Below the pieces are notes generated by a model. That model saw only the letters and a list, made by a program, of their open reading frames with translations, was not told the DNA's origin and searched no databases. A DNA stretch of 32,000 nucleotides, taken from assembly GCF_000284115.1 (NCBI RefSeq), contig NC_017080.1:3090001-3122000 (forward strand), given 5' to 3'. Below, piece by piece: positions 16,659 through 26,100 of this stretch (the first letter of the stretch is position 1; each line of letters begins with the position of its first letter). The DNA is from Phycisphaera mikurensis NBRC 102666. Its GTDB lineage: Bacteria > Planctomycetota > Phycisphaerae > Phycisphaerales > Phycisphaeraceae. Position numbers and translations under genes: made by a program.

Positions 16659-18551
16659 TCAGGCGGCCACCCGCAGCCCCGGCCGCTCCGCCTGCCCCAC
16701 CTGCTCCTTCAGCCACGCCGACGCCTCGGCAACCCGCATCGGCTTGGCGAAGAGGTAGCCCTGACCGCCGTCGTAGCCCATGGCCTGGAACATCGACACC
16801 TCCTCCGGCGTCTCGAGGCCCTCGGCGACGGTCCGCAGGCCCAGCTTCCGCGCGAGCTCGGCGATGGCGTCGGCCACCACCGCGACCCTGCGGTCCCGCG
16901 CCGCCTCGGCCGTGAAGGAGCGATCGATCTTGAGCCACTGCACGGGGTACGCGTGCAGGCCCGACAGCGTCGAGGTGCCGGTGCCGAAGTCGTCGAGCAT
17001 CAGCTGGAAGCCGGCGTCCCTCAGCCGCTGCATCGTCACCCGCGCCTCGCGGCAATCGGCGACGTCCGACTCGGTCAGCTCCAGGTGCACCTGGTGGGGG
17101 TGGAGGCCGGCCTCCGCCACGGCCGCTCCGACGCGTGCGGGCAACCCGGCGTCGCGGAGCTGCCGCTTCGAGAGGTTCAACGAGACGAAGAGCCCCGCGT
17201 CGCCGTCCACCGCGGCGCCACACTCCCGCCGCATGCACGAGACGCCCTCCAGTGCGGCCCCGGCGACGGCCGCGAAGGTCTCGTCGATGAGGCCGGACCG
17301 CTCCGCGAGCGGGATGAAGTGCGTCGGCGGGATCGGCCCGTGAACCGGGTGCGTCCAGCGGGCGAGTGTCTCGAAGCCGCAGACGCGGGAGGTCGAGAGG
17401 TCAACGATCGGCTGGAGCACCGGGTGGATCTCGCCGCGATCGAGCGCTTCCCGCAGGTCCGACTCGACCCGCACGTCCCGCCGAGCGCGCTGCAGCATCG
17501 GAGGGTCGAACACCTTCGGCCGCGCGGCCGGGTCTTCGCTCGAGGCCTCCGCCGCGGCGGTCATCGCCAGGATGGCGCGGGCGAGCAGATCGGCACAGGC
17601 TTGGATCCGCGGGAGCCCGAGCGGACGCCCGCCGCCCCGCTCACGCACCGCCAGCCCGATCGACGCGGTCAGCGGGAGCCGCTGATCGTCCAGCTCGTAG
17701 GCCCGGTCGAGGGCGTGCCCGACGCGGCCCGCCAGCCCCGCGGCGGCCACGCCCGTGTCCACCTCGCCGGAGAGCATCAGCGCGAAGGTCCCGCTCTCGA
17801 CCCGAGCGACTTCGCGACGCGTCCCCGCCGCCACGCCCGGCAGGTCGCCCTCGATCGACGCCCGGAGGCGGCGCGCGGTCTCCAGGAGCACCGCGTCGCC
17901 GGATCCGGTGCCCCCGGCGATCGCCTCGAAGCGGCTCAAACGCAGGCTCAGGATCAAGACGGCCTCGCCCGAAGCGAGCGCCGCGTCGCCGAGGCGCGTG
18001 AGGCCGCGGCCGTTGAGCAGGCCCGTCACCGGGTCCCGCAACGCCGCCTCCTCCGCCCGCACCACGTCGCGGTGCAGCTCGATCAGCCGGCTCGCCTGCT
18101 CCGCCAGAGAAACCAGCCGGTCTCGCTCGGCGGAAGCGAGCTGCCGCGGCTTCTGGTCGCACAAGCAGAACGCGCCGAGTGCGTGGCCGCCCGCGGAGAA
18201 CAGCGGAACGCCGGCGTAGAAGCGGAGATGCGGCTCCCCGACCACCAGCGGGTGGTCGCAGAACCGCGGGTCGGCGGCGAGATCATCGACGACCAGCGGC
18301 GACCGCCGCACGACCGTGTGGTGGCAGATCGCCACCTCGCGCGGGGTCTGAGAGAAGCCGAGCCCGACGCAGGACTTGAACCACTGCCGATCGGCGTCCA
18401 CCAGGCTCACCGCCGCGATCGGCACGCCGAAGAGATCGGCCGCGAGCCGCGTCAGGCCGTCGTAGGCGGACTCCGGCGCGGTGTCCAGCAGCCGGTGCGC
18501 GTGGAGGTCCGCGAGCCGCGGCGCCTCCATCTCGGGATAGGGTGCGAGCAT
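16659..18551 (-). CDS. GAF - degenerate GGDEF - EAL cyclic-di-GMP phosphodiesterase
   Basis: GAF-like N-terminus (LDTAPESAYDGLTRLAADLFGVPIAAVSLVDADRQWFKS), GGDEF position reads VESGTFALML, and EAL motifs CGFETLARW, LNLSKRQL, ELTESD, LDDFGTGTSTL, KIDRSF, AEGLET are intact. Confidence 0.92.
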   Translation of the reverse strand: MLAPYPEMEAPRLADLHAHRLLDTAPESAYDGLTRLAADLFGVPIAAVSLVDADRQWFKSCVGLGFSQTPREVAICHHTVVRRSPLVVDDLAADPRFCDHPLVVGEPHLRFYAGVPLFSAGGHALGAFCLCDQKPRQLASAERDRLVSLAEQASRLIELHRDVVRAEEAALRDPVTGLLNGRGLTRLGDAALASGEAVLILSLRLSRFEAIAGGTGSGDAVLLETARRLRASIEGDLPGVAAGTRREVARVESGTFALMLSGEVDTGVAAAGLAGRVGHALDRAYELDDQRLPLTASIGLAVRERGGGRPLGLPRIQACADLLARAILAMTAAAEASSEDPAARPKVFDPPMLQRARRDVRVESDLREALDRGEIHPVLQPIVDLSTSRVCGFETLARWTHPVHGPIPPTHFIPLAERSGLIDETFAAVAGAALEGVSCMRRECGAAVDGDAGLFVSLNLSKRQLRDAGLPARVGAAVAEAGLHPHQVHLELTESDVADCREARVTMQRLRDAGFQLMLDDFGTGTSTLSGLHAYPVQWLKIDRSFTAEAARDRRVAVVADAIAELARKLGLRTVAEGLETPEEVSMFQAMGYDGGQGYLFAKPMRVAEASAWLKEQVGQAERPGLRVAA

Positions 18552-18762
18552 CGTCGGGAGAGGTGGGGAGGAGGCGAGGCGGGGTGAGGGCGAGGGGTTT
18601 GGAGGGCCGGAGCGGTCGCCGCGGCTTCCTCGGTTTCCATCGGCCCGATGTTCCCCGCGGGCAACACGTTCATCGGCGAAAAGCCAGGGGCTTCTCCCGA
18701 TGAGGCCCACCCGGCGCGGACCGATTGGCCGGCTCCGGGCCGGCGGGCCTTTATCGTCCGCC

Positions 18763-19662
18763 ATGAGCACGCCCCACTTCCCGCCGCCCGGCCCGCTGCG
18801 ATGCGTGCTCGACACCGACACCTTCAACGAGGTGGACGATCAGTTCGCGCTCGCCTGGATGCTGCGCCGGCCCGACCGGTTCGACGTCGCCGCCGTCACG
18901 GCGGCGCCCTTCCTCAACGAGAAGGTGGCGACCGCCGCCGAGGGCATGCGCCTCTCGCTGGAGGAGGCCGAACGGGTGCTGGAGCTCTGCGGCCGCGAGG
19001 ACGTGGAGGTCGTGCCCGGCAGCGAGTCGTTCTGCCGCCGCAGCGGCGAGCCGGTGCAGAGCCCCGCCGCCCACCGGATCCTCGACGCATCGGCCGCGCA
19101 CGGGCCCGATCACCCGCTGCACGTTGTCGGGATCGCCGCGCTCACCAACGTCGCGAGTGCCCTGTGGATCGATCCCACGCTCAAGGAGCGGGTCGTGCTG
19201 CACTGGCTCGGGGGGCACCGCCCGCCGCTGGGCGTGGAGAGCGAGTTCAACTTCGGCCAGGACGTCGCCGCGGGCCGCGCCGCGTTCGGCGGGGTCCCGC
19301 TCGTGTGGCACCCCTGCCGGGGCGTCGCCTCGCACCTGCTCACCACCGTGCCCGAGCTGGAGCGCGACCTCGAGCCCCGCGGCCCGCTCGCCGCCTTTCT
19401 CACCGGCCGCTTCCGCGACCACGTCGCGGCTCCCGGGAGCGACACCTCCGGCCCCGCCACCGCCAAGGAGATCTGGGACGTCGCCCCGGTCGCGTGGCTG
19501 CTCGGCGGCGAGGACCTCGTCCTCACCGGCGAGGAGCCCAACCCTTACACGGCCGGAGACGACGGTCCGGGCACCCCGGCCGGGCCCGAGACGATCCGGT
19601 CCGCCCTGCTGCCCCACCGCAACCCGATCTTCCGCCGGCTCTTCGACGACCTCGCGGGGTGA
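18763..19662 (+). CDS. Nucleoside hydrolase family protein
   Basis: CVLDTDTFNEVDDQFALAWMLRRPDRFDVAAVTAAPFLNEK and LHVVGIAALTNVASALWIDPTLKERVVLHWLGG are nucleoside hydrolase motifs. M at 18763. Confidence 0.85.
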   Translation: MSTPHFPPPGPLRCVLDTDTFNEVDDQFALAWMLRRPDRFDVAAVTAAPFLNEKVATAAEGMRLSLEEAERVLELCGREDVEVVPGSESFCRRSGEPVQSPAAHRILDASAAHGPDHPLHVVGIAALTNVASALWIDPTLKERVVLHWLGGHRPPLGVESEFNFGQDVAAGRAAFGGVPLVWHPCRGVASHLLTTVPELERDLEPRGPLAAFLTGRFRDHVAAPGSDTSGPATAKEIWDVAPVAWLLGGEDLVLTGEEPNPYTAGDDGPGTPAGPETIRSALLPHRNPIFRRLFDDLAG

Positions 19663-19676
19663 GCGTGACGCCCGGG

Positions 19677-19703
19677 GCGGCGCCGTTCGGCGTCCGGCGC
19701 CGC
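19677..19703. terminator. Hairpin between convergent genes (possible bidirectional terminator)
   Basis: GCGGCGCC-N11-GGCGCCGC perfect 8-bp arms in the 58-bp gap between convergent stop codons. Confidence 0.4.
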
Positions 19704-19719
19704 GGGAACTCCTCGCCGG

Positions 19720-20460
19720 TCAGGGCGAGGGCAGCTTGATCGTCGAGCCGCTCGCTTCTTCCCGCTCGCCGGTCACCAGGTCGTGGATGACGCCGGCGAC
19801 GGATATCGGGTCGAGCGCCTTCTCCGGCGGGATCGCCCGCTCGGAGAAGTTGCCGCGGAGCAGCGCCGTCTCCACCGCACCCGGAGCGACGGCGTAGGTG
19901 CGGATGCCGAGGCGCTGGCCCTCGGTCGCCGCGTTGGCGACGAAGGCCTCCACCCCCGCCTTGGCCGCGGCGTAGAAGCTGAACTTCTGGTGCGGCGTGT
20001 GGATCGCCATCGCGGAGATGCCGACCAGCACGCCCGCGTCCTCCCGCCCGTTCGCGCGGAAGGCCGGCCAGGCGGCGCGGGCGAGGTAGACCAACGCCTT
20101 GAGGTTGACGTCGACGCAGGCGTCGAGCTCGGCGTCCTGGATCCGTTCGATGGCGGCGAGCGGCGCCTGGCCGGCGGCGTTCACCACGGCGTCGAGGCGG
20201 CCGAAAGCGGCGACCGTTTGCTGGACCGCCGCGTCGACGGCGGCTCGGTCGGTGACGTCGGCGACGATCGGGAGGACCTCCGCCTCGGGACGGACCTCCT
20301 CGCGGACGAGTGCCGCCGCGGCCTCGAGCTTCTCGAGCGTCCTGCCCGCCAGCGCCACCGCGTACCCGCTCTCGGCGAGCAGCATCGCGGTGTCGCGGCC
20401 GATGCCCGAGCCGGCGCCGGTGACGAGGACGGACTTGCGGGGGGAGGCGGCGTCGGTCAT
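19720..20460 (-). CDS. Short-chain dehydrogenase/reductase
   Basis: VLVTGAGSGIGRDTAMLLAESG (TGxxxGxG), VVNAAGQA, FSFYAAAKAGVEAF (YxxxK). Confidence 0.93.
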   Translation of the reverse strand: MTDAASPRKSVLVTGAGSGIGRDTAMLLAESGYAVALAGRTLEKLEAAAALVREEVRPEAEVLPIVADVTDRAAVDAAVQQTVAAFGRLDAVVNAAGQAPLAAIERIQDAELDACVDVNLKALVYLARAAWPAFRANGREDAGVLVGISAMAIHTPHQKFSFYAAAKAGVEAFVANAATEGQRLGIRTYAVAPGAVETALLRGNFSERAIPPEKALDPISVAGVIHDLVTGEREEASGSTIKLPSP

Positions 20461-20612
20461 GGGCGACCGTAGGAGAACCGGACGCCGATCCGACCGCGCC
20501 GCCACGCCGGGAAGAGAGCTCGCTGACGCGCTCGCCGGGTCCGCTTCCCCCCTGCCCTGCGCGGCGGTCTGCCTGCGCCCCGCCGTGCCCGCTCCTCCGC
20601 GCCCGCTCCCCT

Positions 20613-21701
20613 TCAGAACGAAAGCCGCGCCGCCACGCGCACGAACGCCGCGTCGTCGAATTCCTGGATCTCCTCCGTGCTCCGCAGGTCGTAGCCGCGG
20701 CGGAGCTGCTGGCCGAAGCCCCAGCCTCCGGTGAGTGTGAAGGACAGCCGCTGCACGGGCGTGATCGTCGCGCCGACCTCGAGGCGTTGACCGACGACGA
20801 AGATGCGTCGGCGCTCCTTCGTGTCGGCGTCGTGGAACTGGTCGTAGAAGCCGCCGTAGCCGGCGAGCACGGTGACGTGCTCGTTCACGCGGTAGCTCGC
20901 GAGGGCGGTGAAGGCGTCGAGCTGGCTGAAGCCGGCGCTGAGCGTCCACCGCGTGTCGGGCTTGTAGATCAGCCGCGTCTCGGGATAGCCCAGCGTCAGC
21001 CCGATCTCCGCGGCGCTGGGCCGGCCGGTCTGCGGGTCGATCGACAGCGGCTTGCGGAAGAGGACCAGCGGCAGCGGGAGGTCGGGCAGCGTCGACCGGT
21101 TGCCGTCGTAGGTGAGGCCCAGCAGCAGGCGGTTGCCGTTGGCGGAGACCCGCTCGGCCTGCACGCTCGCCAGCCCGTACCAGCCGCGGTCGTCTTCGTA
21201 GGGATTGGTGCTGGCGTGGCCGAAGCCGACCTCCAGAGCGGGCGTCCAGGCGCCCGAAAAGAGCCCGTCGCCCCCGACGTAGAACGTCTGCTCGTCGAGG
21301 GTGAAGCCGACGTCCATCTCCTGGCGGACCAGGCGCTCGGGCACGCTCTCGCCGCCGCCGGAGAAGTCCACGTGGGTGTACTCGTGGCCGAAGAGCATCC
21401 CCCCCGCCGCCCCCTCGCCGGGGGAGCCGTCGGAGCCGACGCGGGCGCGGAGCCGCGTCCGCGAGGCCCAGATGTCGGTGTCGGTCGCCTCGCCCGGGCC
21501 GCGGGTCTCGGTGGGGACGCGGGTGCTGTCGCCCTGCACGGCGAGCACCTGGCCGGGCTCCCAGTAGCTGGTCAGCAGCGCCGTGCCGGTCTGGGCCTGT
21601 GCCGTCGCCGCGGCGAGCGCGGGCAGGAGAAGGCACCGGCGGAGGGCGCGGGCGCAGCGCGAGAGCCCACGCCGGGTCGGAACGGGGTGGGGAAGCGGCA
21701 C
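20613..21701 (-). CDS. Secreted outer-membrane/beta-barrel-like protein of unknown function
   Basis: N-terminal signal peptide (ARALRRCLLLPALAAATAQAQ), alternating amphipathic strands, and terminal aromatic residue (FVRVAARLSF). Confidence 0.65.
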   Translation of the reverse strand: MPLPHPVPTRRGLSRCARALRRCLLLPALAAATAQAQTGTALLTSYWEPGQVLAVQGDSTRVPTETRGPGEATDTDIWASRTRLRARVGSDGSPGEGAAGGMLFGHEYTHVDFSGGGESVPERLVRQEMDVGFTLDEQTFYVGGDGLFSGAWTPALEVGFGHASTNPYEDDRGWYGLASVQAERVSANGNRLLLGLTYDGNRSTLPDLPLPLVLFRKPLSIDPQTGRPSAAEIGLTLGYPETRLIYKPDTRWTLSAGFSQLDAFTALASYRVNEHVTVLAGYGGFYDQFHDADTKERRRIFVVGQRLEVGATITPVQRLSFTLTGGWGFGQQLRRGYDLRSTEEIQEFDDAAFVRVAARLSF

Positions 21702-21714
21702 GACGGGAGATTAG

Positions 21715-21771
21715 AACGGTCGAGCCGGACCCACATCTGGTATACCATTACGCTCCCTTGGCTTGACCGTT
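21715..21771. promoter_or_regulatory. Concentric inverted repeats in a divergent intergenic region (operator or structured element)
   Basis: AACGGTCGAGCC (21715-21726) and GGCTTGACCGTT (21760-21771), 11/12 complementary, centred on the perfect palindrome TGGTATACCA (21738-21747). Confidence 0.55.
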
Positions 21772-21790
21772 TTCTCACGAGGAGCCCGCG

Positions 21791-23077
21791 ATGCGCCACC
21801 GCCCCCTTTCCCTGCTGCTGGCTCCGTGCCTCGCCCTGCTGCCCGCTGCGCCGGGGGAAGCGGCCGGGCTGGAGGTCGTCGGCGGCGGCTTCGAGCGTGA
21901 AGGCGTCGCGTACCGGGCCGTGGGCGTGAACTACTTCGACGCCTTCCTCCGAACGCTGCGTGAGCCCGGGGACTTTCAGCGGACCCGGTCTTCGCTCACC
22001 GGCCCGGCCAATACCAGCTACGAGGCCGGCTTCGACGGCCTCGCCGCCGCCGGCGTGCCCTTCATCCGCTTCAACGCGGGCGGCTTCCGGGTGGCCGATT
22101 ACCGGCTGTACCAGAAGGACAAAGCGGCGTACCTCGCGCAGATGCGTGCCGTCGTGGACGCGGCCGACGCCCGCGGGATCGGCGTCGTGCCCTCGGTTTT
22201 CTGGCAGACGGACAGCTTCGCGGCGCTCGCCGGCGAGAACCGCGCCGCGTGGGCGGACGCCGGCAGCGCGACCCGCCGGCTCGCCGACGCCTACGCCCGC
22301 GACGTCGTCGGAGCGCTCCGGGGCGCCAACAACGTGCTGATGTGGGAGTTCGGCAACGAGTTCAATCTCCAGCAGGACCTGCCGGTCAACGACGACCGGC
22401 CCGCGACGATCTCCAGCGCCGGCGTCCGCGACGCGGTCGCGGCCTTTGCCGGGGTGGTCGCCGAGCTGGATCCGGCCCGCACCACGACGACCGGCCACTC
22501 GGTGGAGCGAACCGCCGCCGCGGCCCTCCGGCAGAGCGGGAGCTTCCGCCCGCTGGACACGCGAGAAGACTTCCGCGAGGTGACGATCACCGACCACGCG
22601 GGCGTCGGCGTGATCAGCGCGCACCTCTACCAGCATTCGGCGCTGGGCCTGGATCCCAAAGATTCCACCGCCGATCCGGCGGTGCGTTTCGGCGAGCCCG
22701 GCCTCGCGTACGTCGAGGTCGTCGCGGAGCTGATGGCCGCGAGCGCCGCCTCCGGCAAGCCGCTGTTCCTCGGCGAGTTCGGCGTGGGCGAAGGCTCGGC
22801 CCTCGGCGCCCCCGACGCACCCGCCACGGAAGCGGAGCAGCTGCGGTACCTGCTCGACGCGATCGTGGAGGAGCAGGTCCCGCTGTCAGCGCTGTGGGTC
22901 TACGACCGCCTGTTCACCGGGCGCAACGAGCTGGACTACACGATCACGACCCGCAACGACCGTGCGGACCGGCTCGCGCTGATCGCCGAGGCGAATCGCC
23001 GGCTCGCCGTGCCCGAGCCGGGCACGCTCGGGCTCGCGGGCGCGGCCGCTCTGCCGCTGCTCCGCCGCCGCCGCTGA
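21791..23077 (+). CDS. Secreted GH5/cellulase-like glycoside hydrolase with PEP-CTERM tail
   Basis: Signal peptide, GVNYFDAF, WEFGNEFN (acid/base NE), FLGEFGVGEG (nucleophile position), C-terminal VPEPGTLGLAGAAALPLLRRRR. Confidence 0.85.
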   Translation: MRHRPLSLLLAPCLALLPAAPGEAAGLEVVGGGFEREGVAYRAVGVNYFDAFLRTLREPGDFQRTRSSLTGPANTSYEAGFDGLAAAGVPFIRFNAGGFRVADYRLYQKDKAAYLAQMRAVVDAADARGIGVVPSVFWQTDSFAALAGENRAAWADAGSATRRLADAYARDVVGALRGANNVLMWEFGNEFNLQQDLPVNDDRPATISSAGVRDAVAAFAGVVAELDPARTTTTGHSVERTAAAALRQSGSFRPLDTREDFREVTITDHAGVGVISAHLYQHSALGLDPKDSTADPAVRFGEPGLAYVEVVAELMAASAASGKPLFLGEFGVGEGSALGAPDAPATEAEQLRYLLDAIVEEQVPLSALWVYDRLFTGRNELDYTITTRNDRADRLALIAEANRRLAVPEPGTLGLAGAAALPLLRRRR

Positions 23078-23101
23078 CCCCGCGGCTACAACCGCTGCCC
23101 G

Positions 23102-26100
23102 ATGAGCGGTCCTCCTGAGCATCCCCGCCCCTCCGACGCCCGCCGCCAGGACGTGCCCGCGCTGCGCGCTCTCTGGAAGAAGATCCAGCACGCGCAGAGC
23201 CGCAACCGCCCGCACGACCGCGACCTCGCCCGCTTCGAGAAGCGGCTGGCGGCCTCCGTCGCGGCGAAGGCGGAGCGGGCGGCGGCGGCCCCGGATGTTT
23301 CTTACCCGGCCGACCTGCCGGTCTCGGCGGAGAAGGACCGGATCAAGGAGCTGATCGCGCGATACCAGGTCGCGGTGCTGTGCGGCGAGACCGGCTCGGG
23401 CAAGAGCACGCAGCTGCCCAAGATCCTGATGGAGCTGGGCCACGGCAGCGACGGCGTCATCGCCCACACCCAGCCGCGGCGGCTGGCGGCGCGCACACTG
23501 GCGCAGCGGGTGGCGGCGGAGCTGTCGGTGCCGGTGGGCGGCGTGGTCGGCCACTCGGTGCGGTTCGAGGACCGGACCGGGCCGCAGACGCGGATCCGCT
23601 ACCTGACCGACGGGCTTCTGCTCGCCGAGCTGGCACGCGACCCCGACCTGCTCGCCTGCGACGCGGTGATCGTCGACGAGGCCCACGAGCGGTCGCTGAA
23701 CATCGACTTCCTCCTGGGCTACCTCAAGCGGCTGCTGCCGCGGCGGCCGGACCTGAAGCTGGTCATCACGTCGGCGACGATCAACACGCAGCTGTTCGCC
23801 GAGCACTTCCGCGACGAAGCGGGCGAGCCCGCGCCCGTCATCGAGGTCAGCGGGCGGACGTACCCGGTCGAGGTGCGGTACGCGCCGCCGGAGGACGCCA
23901 GCGATGCCGCCGCGGACCGGGCGCTCCTGGAGGCCTTCGACGCCGCGGTCCGCGGCACCCCCGGCGACGTGCTGGTCTTCCTGCCGACCGAGCGGGCGAT
24001 CGGCGACGCGGCGAGGCTGCTGCGGGGCCACACGCAGGCCCGGAGCTTCCCGGGCGGGAGCGTGGAGGTGCTGCCGCTCTACGCGCGGCTGTCCAACGCC
24101 GAGCAGCAGCGGGTCTTCTCGCCCTCGGGGCCGGGCCGGCGGGTCGTGCTCGCGACGAACGTCGCGGAGTCCTCCGTCACGGTCCCGCGGATCACCTCCG
24201 TCATCGACACCGGGACCGCCCGCATCTCCCGCTACTCCGCGCGGGCGCGGATGCAGCGGCTGCCGATCGAGCCCGTGAGCCAGGCGAGCTGCAGGCAGCG
24301 GGCGGGCCGCTGCGGGCGGGTTGCCCCCGGCCTGTGCATCCGGCTCTACAGCGAGGAGGACTTCGACGACCGCCCGGCCTTCGAGGCGCCCGAGGTTCTG
24401 CGGACGAGCCTCGCCTCGGTCATCCTCACGATGTCGTCGATGGGGCTGGGCGACCCCGCCGACTTCCCCTTTCTGGAGCCGCCCCGGCCGGCCGCGATCC
24501 GCGAGGGCCGCAAGACGCTGCACGAGCTGGGCGCCGCCGAGAAGGACGGCACGCTGACGGAGCTCGGCCGCCGGATGGCCACGCTGCCGGTCGACCCCCG
24601 CGTCGCCCGCATGATCTTCGCCGGTGCGGAGGAGGGCTGCCTGGCCGAGGTTCTGGTCATCGCCGCCGCGCTGGAGGCGCAGGACCCGCGGCTGCGGCCG
24701 GTCGAGAAGCAGCAGGCGGCCGACCAGGCGCACCGGCCCTTCGTCCACCCCCGCAGCGACTTCCTCACCCTCCTGAACCTCTGGGACGGCATCCATCGCG
24801 AGAAGGACAGCCTCTCCGGCGGGGCGTTCAAGCGTTGGTGCTCGCGGACGTTCCTGTCGCACCCGAAGGTCCGCGAGTGGGCAGAGCTGCACCGGCAGCT
24901 GGTGGAGACCGCCCGCGGGGCCGGCCTGTCTCCGAAGCGTCGGACGCCGGGCCCCGAAGCGGTCGAGAAGCTCGGCGACGCGGTCACGCGGGCGCTGCTC
25001 GCGGGCCTGCTGTCCAACGTCGCGCTCCGCGAGGACGGACCCGCTTACAAAGCGGCCGGCGCCGAATCGGGCGATCGGGAGCTGTTCCTCTGGCCGGGGT
25101 CGGCGCTCGCCAGAGCGAAACCCCGGTGGGTCGTCGCGGCGGAGGTCGTGTCGACGACGCGGCAGTACGCGCGGACCTGCGCCCAGATCGACCCGCGCTG
25201 GATCGAGGATCTCGCCGGCGACCTCGTCACGCAGACCCACAGCAACCCGCGGTGGGAGCGCGAGGCCGGCGGCGTCTTCGCCGACGAGAAGGTGTCCTTC
25301 CGGGGCCTGGTGCTCGTGCCGAAGCGGCGGGTGAAGCTCAGCCACGTCGACCCCGTGCAGGCGCGGGAGATCTTCCTGCACGAGGCGCTGGTCGGCGGCG
25401 ACGCCGACCTGACGGCGCCCTTCTTCCTGCACAACCGCGAGCTGGAGCGTGGCATCGAGGAGGAGCAGGCCCGGCTGCGCCGGGTCGACCTGCTGGCGGA
25501 CGCGAAGCGGCGCTACCGCTTCTACGACGAGCGGCTGCCCGCCGAGGTGACCGGCGTGGCCGAGCTGAACCGCTGGCTGAAGAGAGCGAGCGAGGCACGG
25601 CGGCGCCGCCTGTTCATGGCCGAGGCCGACCTCCGGGAGCAGGAGGCGGAGGAGGACCCGGGCCGCCCTGCGACGATCGAGACCGGCGGGCTGGTGCTGC
25701 CGGTGCGGTACGTGCACGACGCGTCGGCGGAAGACGACGGCGCGACGCTGGAGGTCCCGCTCGCGGTGCTCGGCCGCGTCGGGAAGGAGCGGCTGGACTG
25801 GGGCCTGCCCGGGCAGCTCGAGGAGCGGCTGGCGGCCGTGATCCGCTCGCTGCCCAAGCCGATCCGCAAGACGCTTGCGCCGGCGCCCGACTCCGCCCGC
25901 CGGGCCGCGGCACGCATCCGCTTCGGCGAGGGCGGGTTCCGGGCGGCGGCCGCCGAGGCCCTCGGCTGGGTCCGCGGCGAGGCGCTTGACCCGCTGCTCA
26001 TCGACGTCGCCGCGCTCGACCGGCACCTCCGCCTCGGCGTCGCCGTGCTCGACGACGCCGGCAAGGAACTCGCCCAGGGCCGCGACCTCGACGCGCTCAA

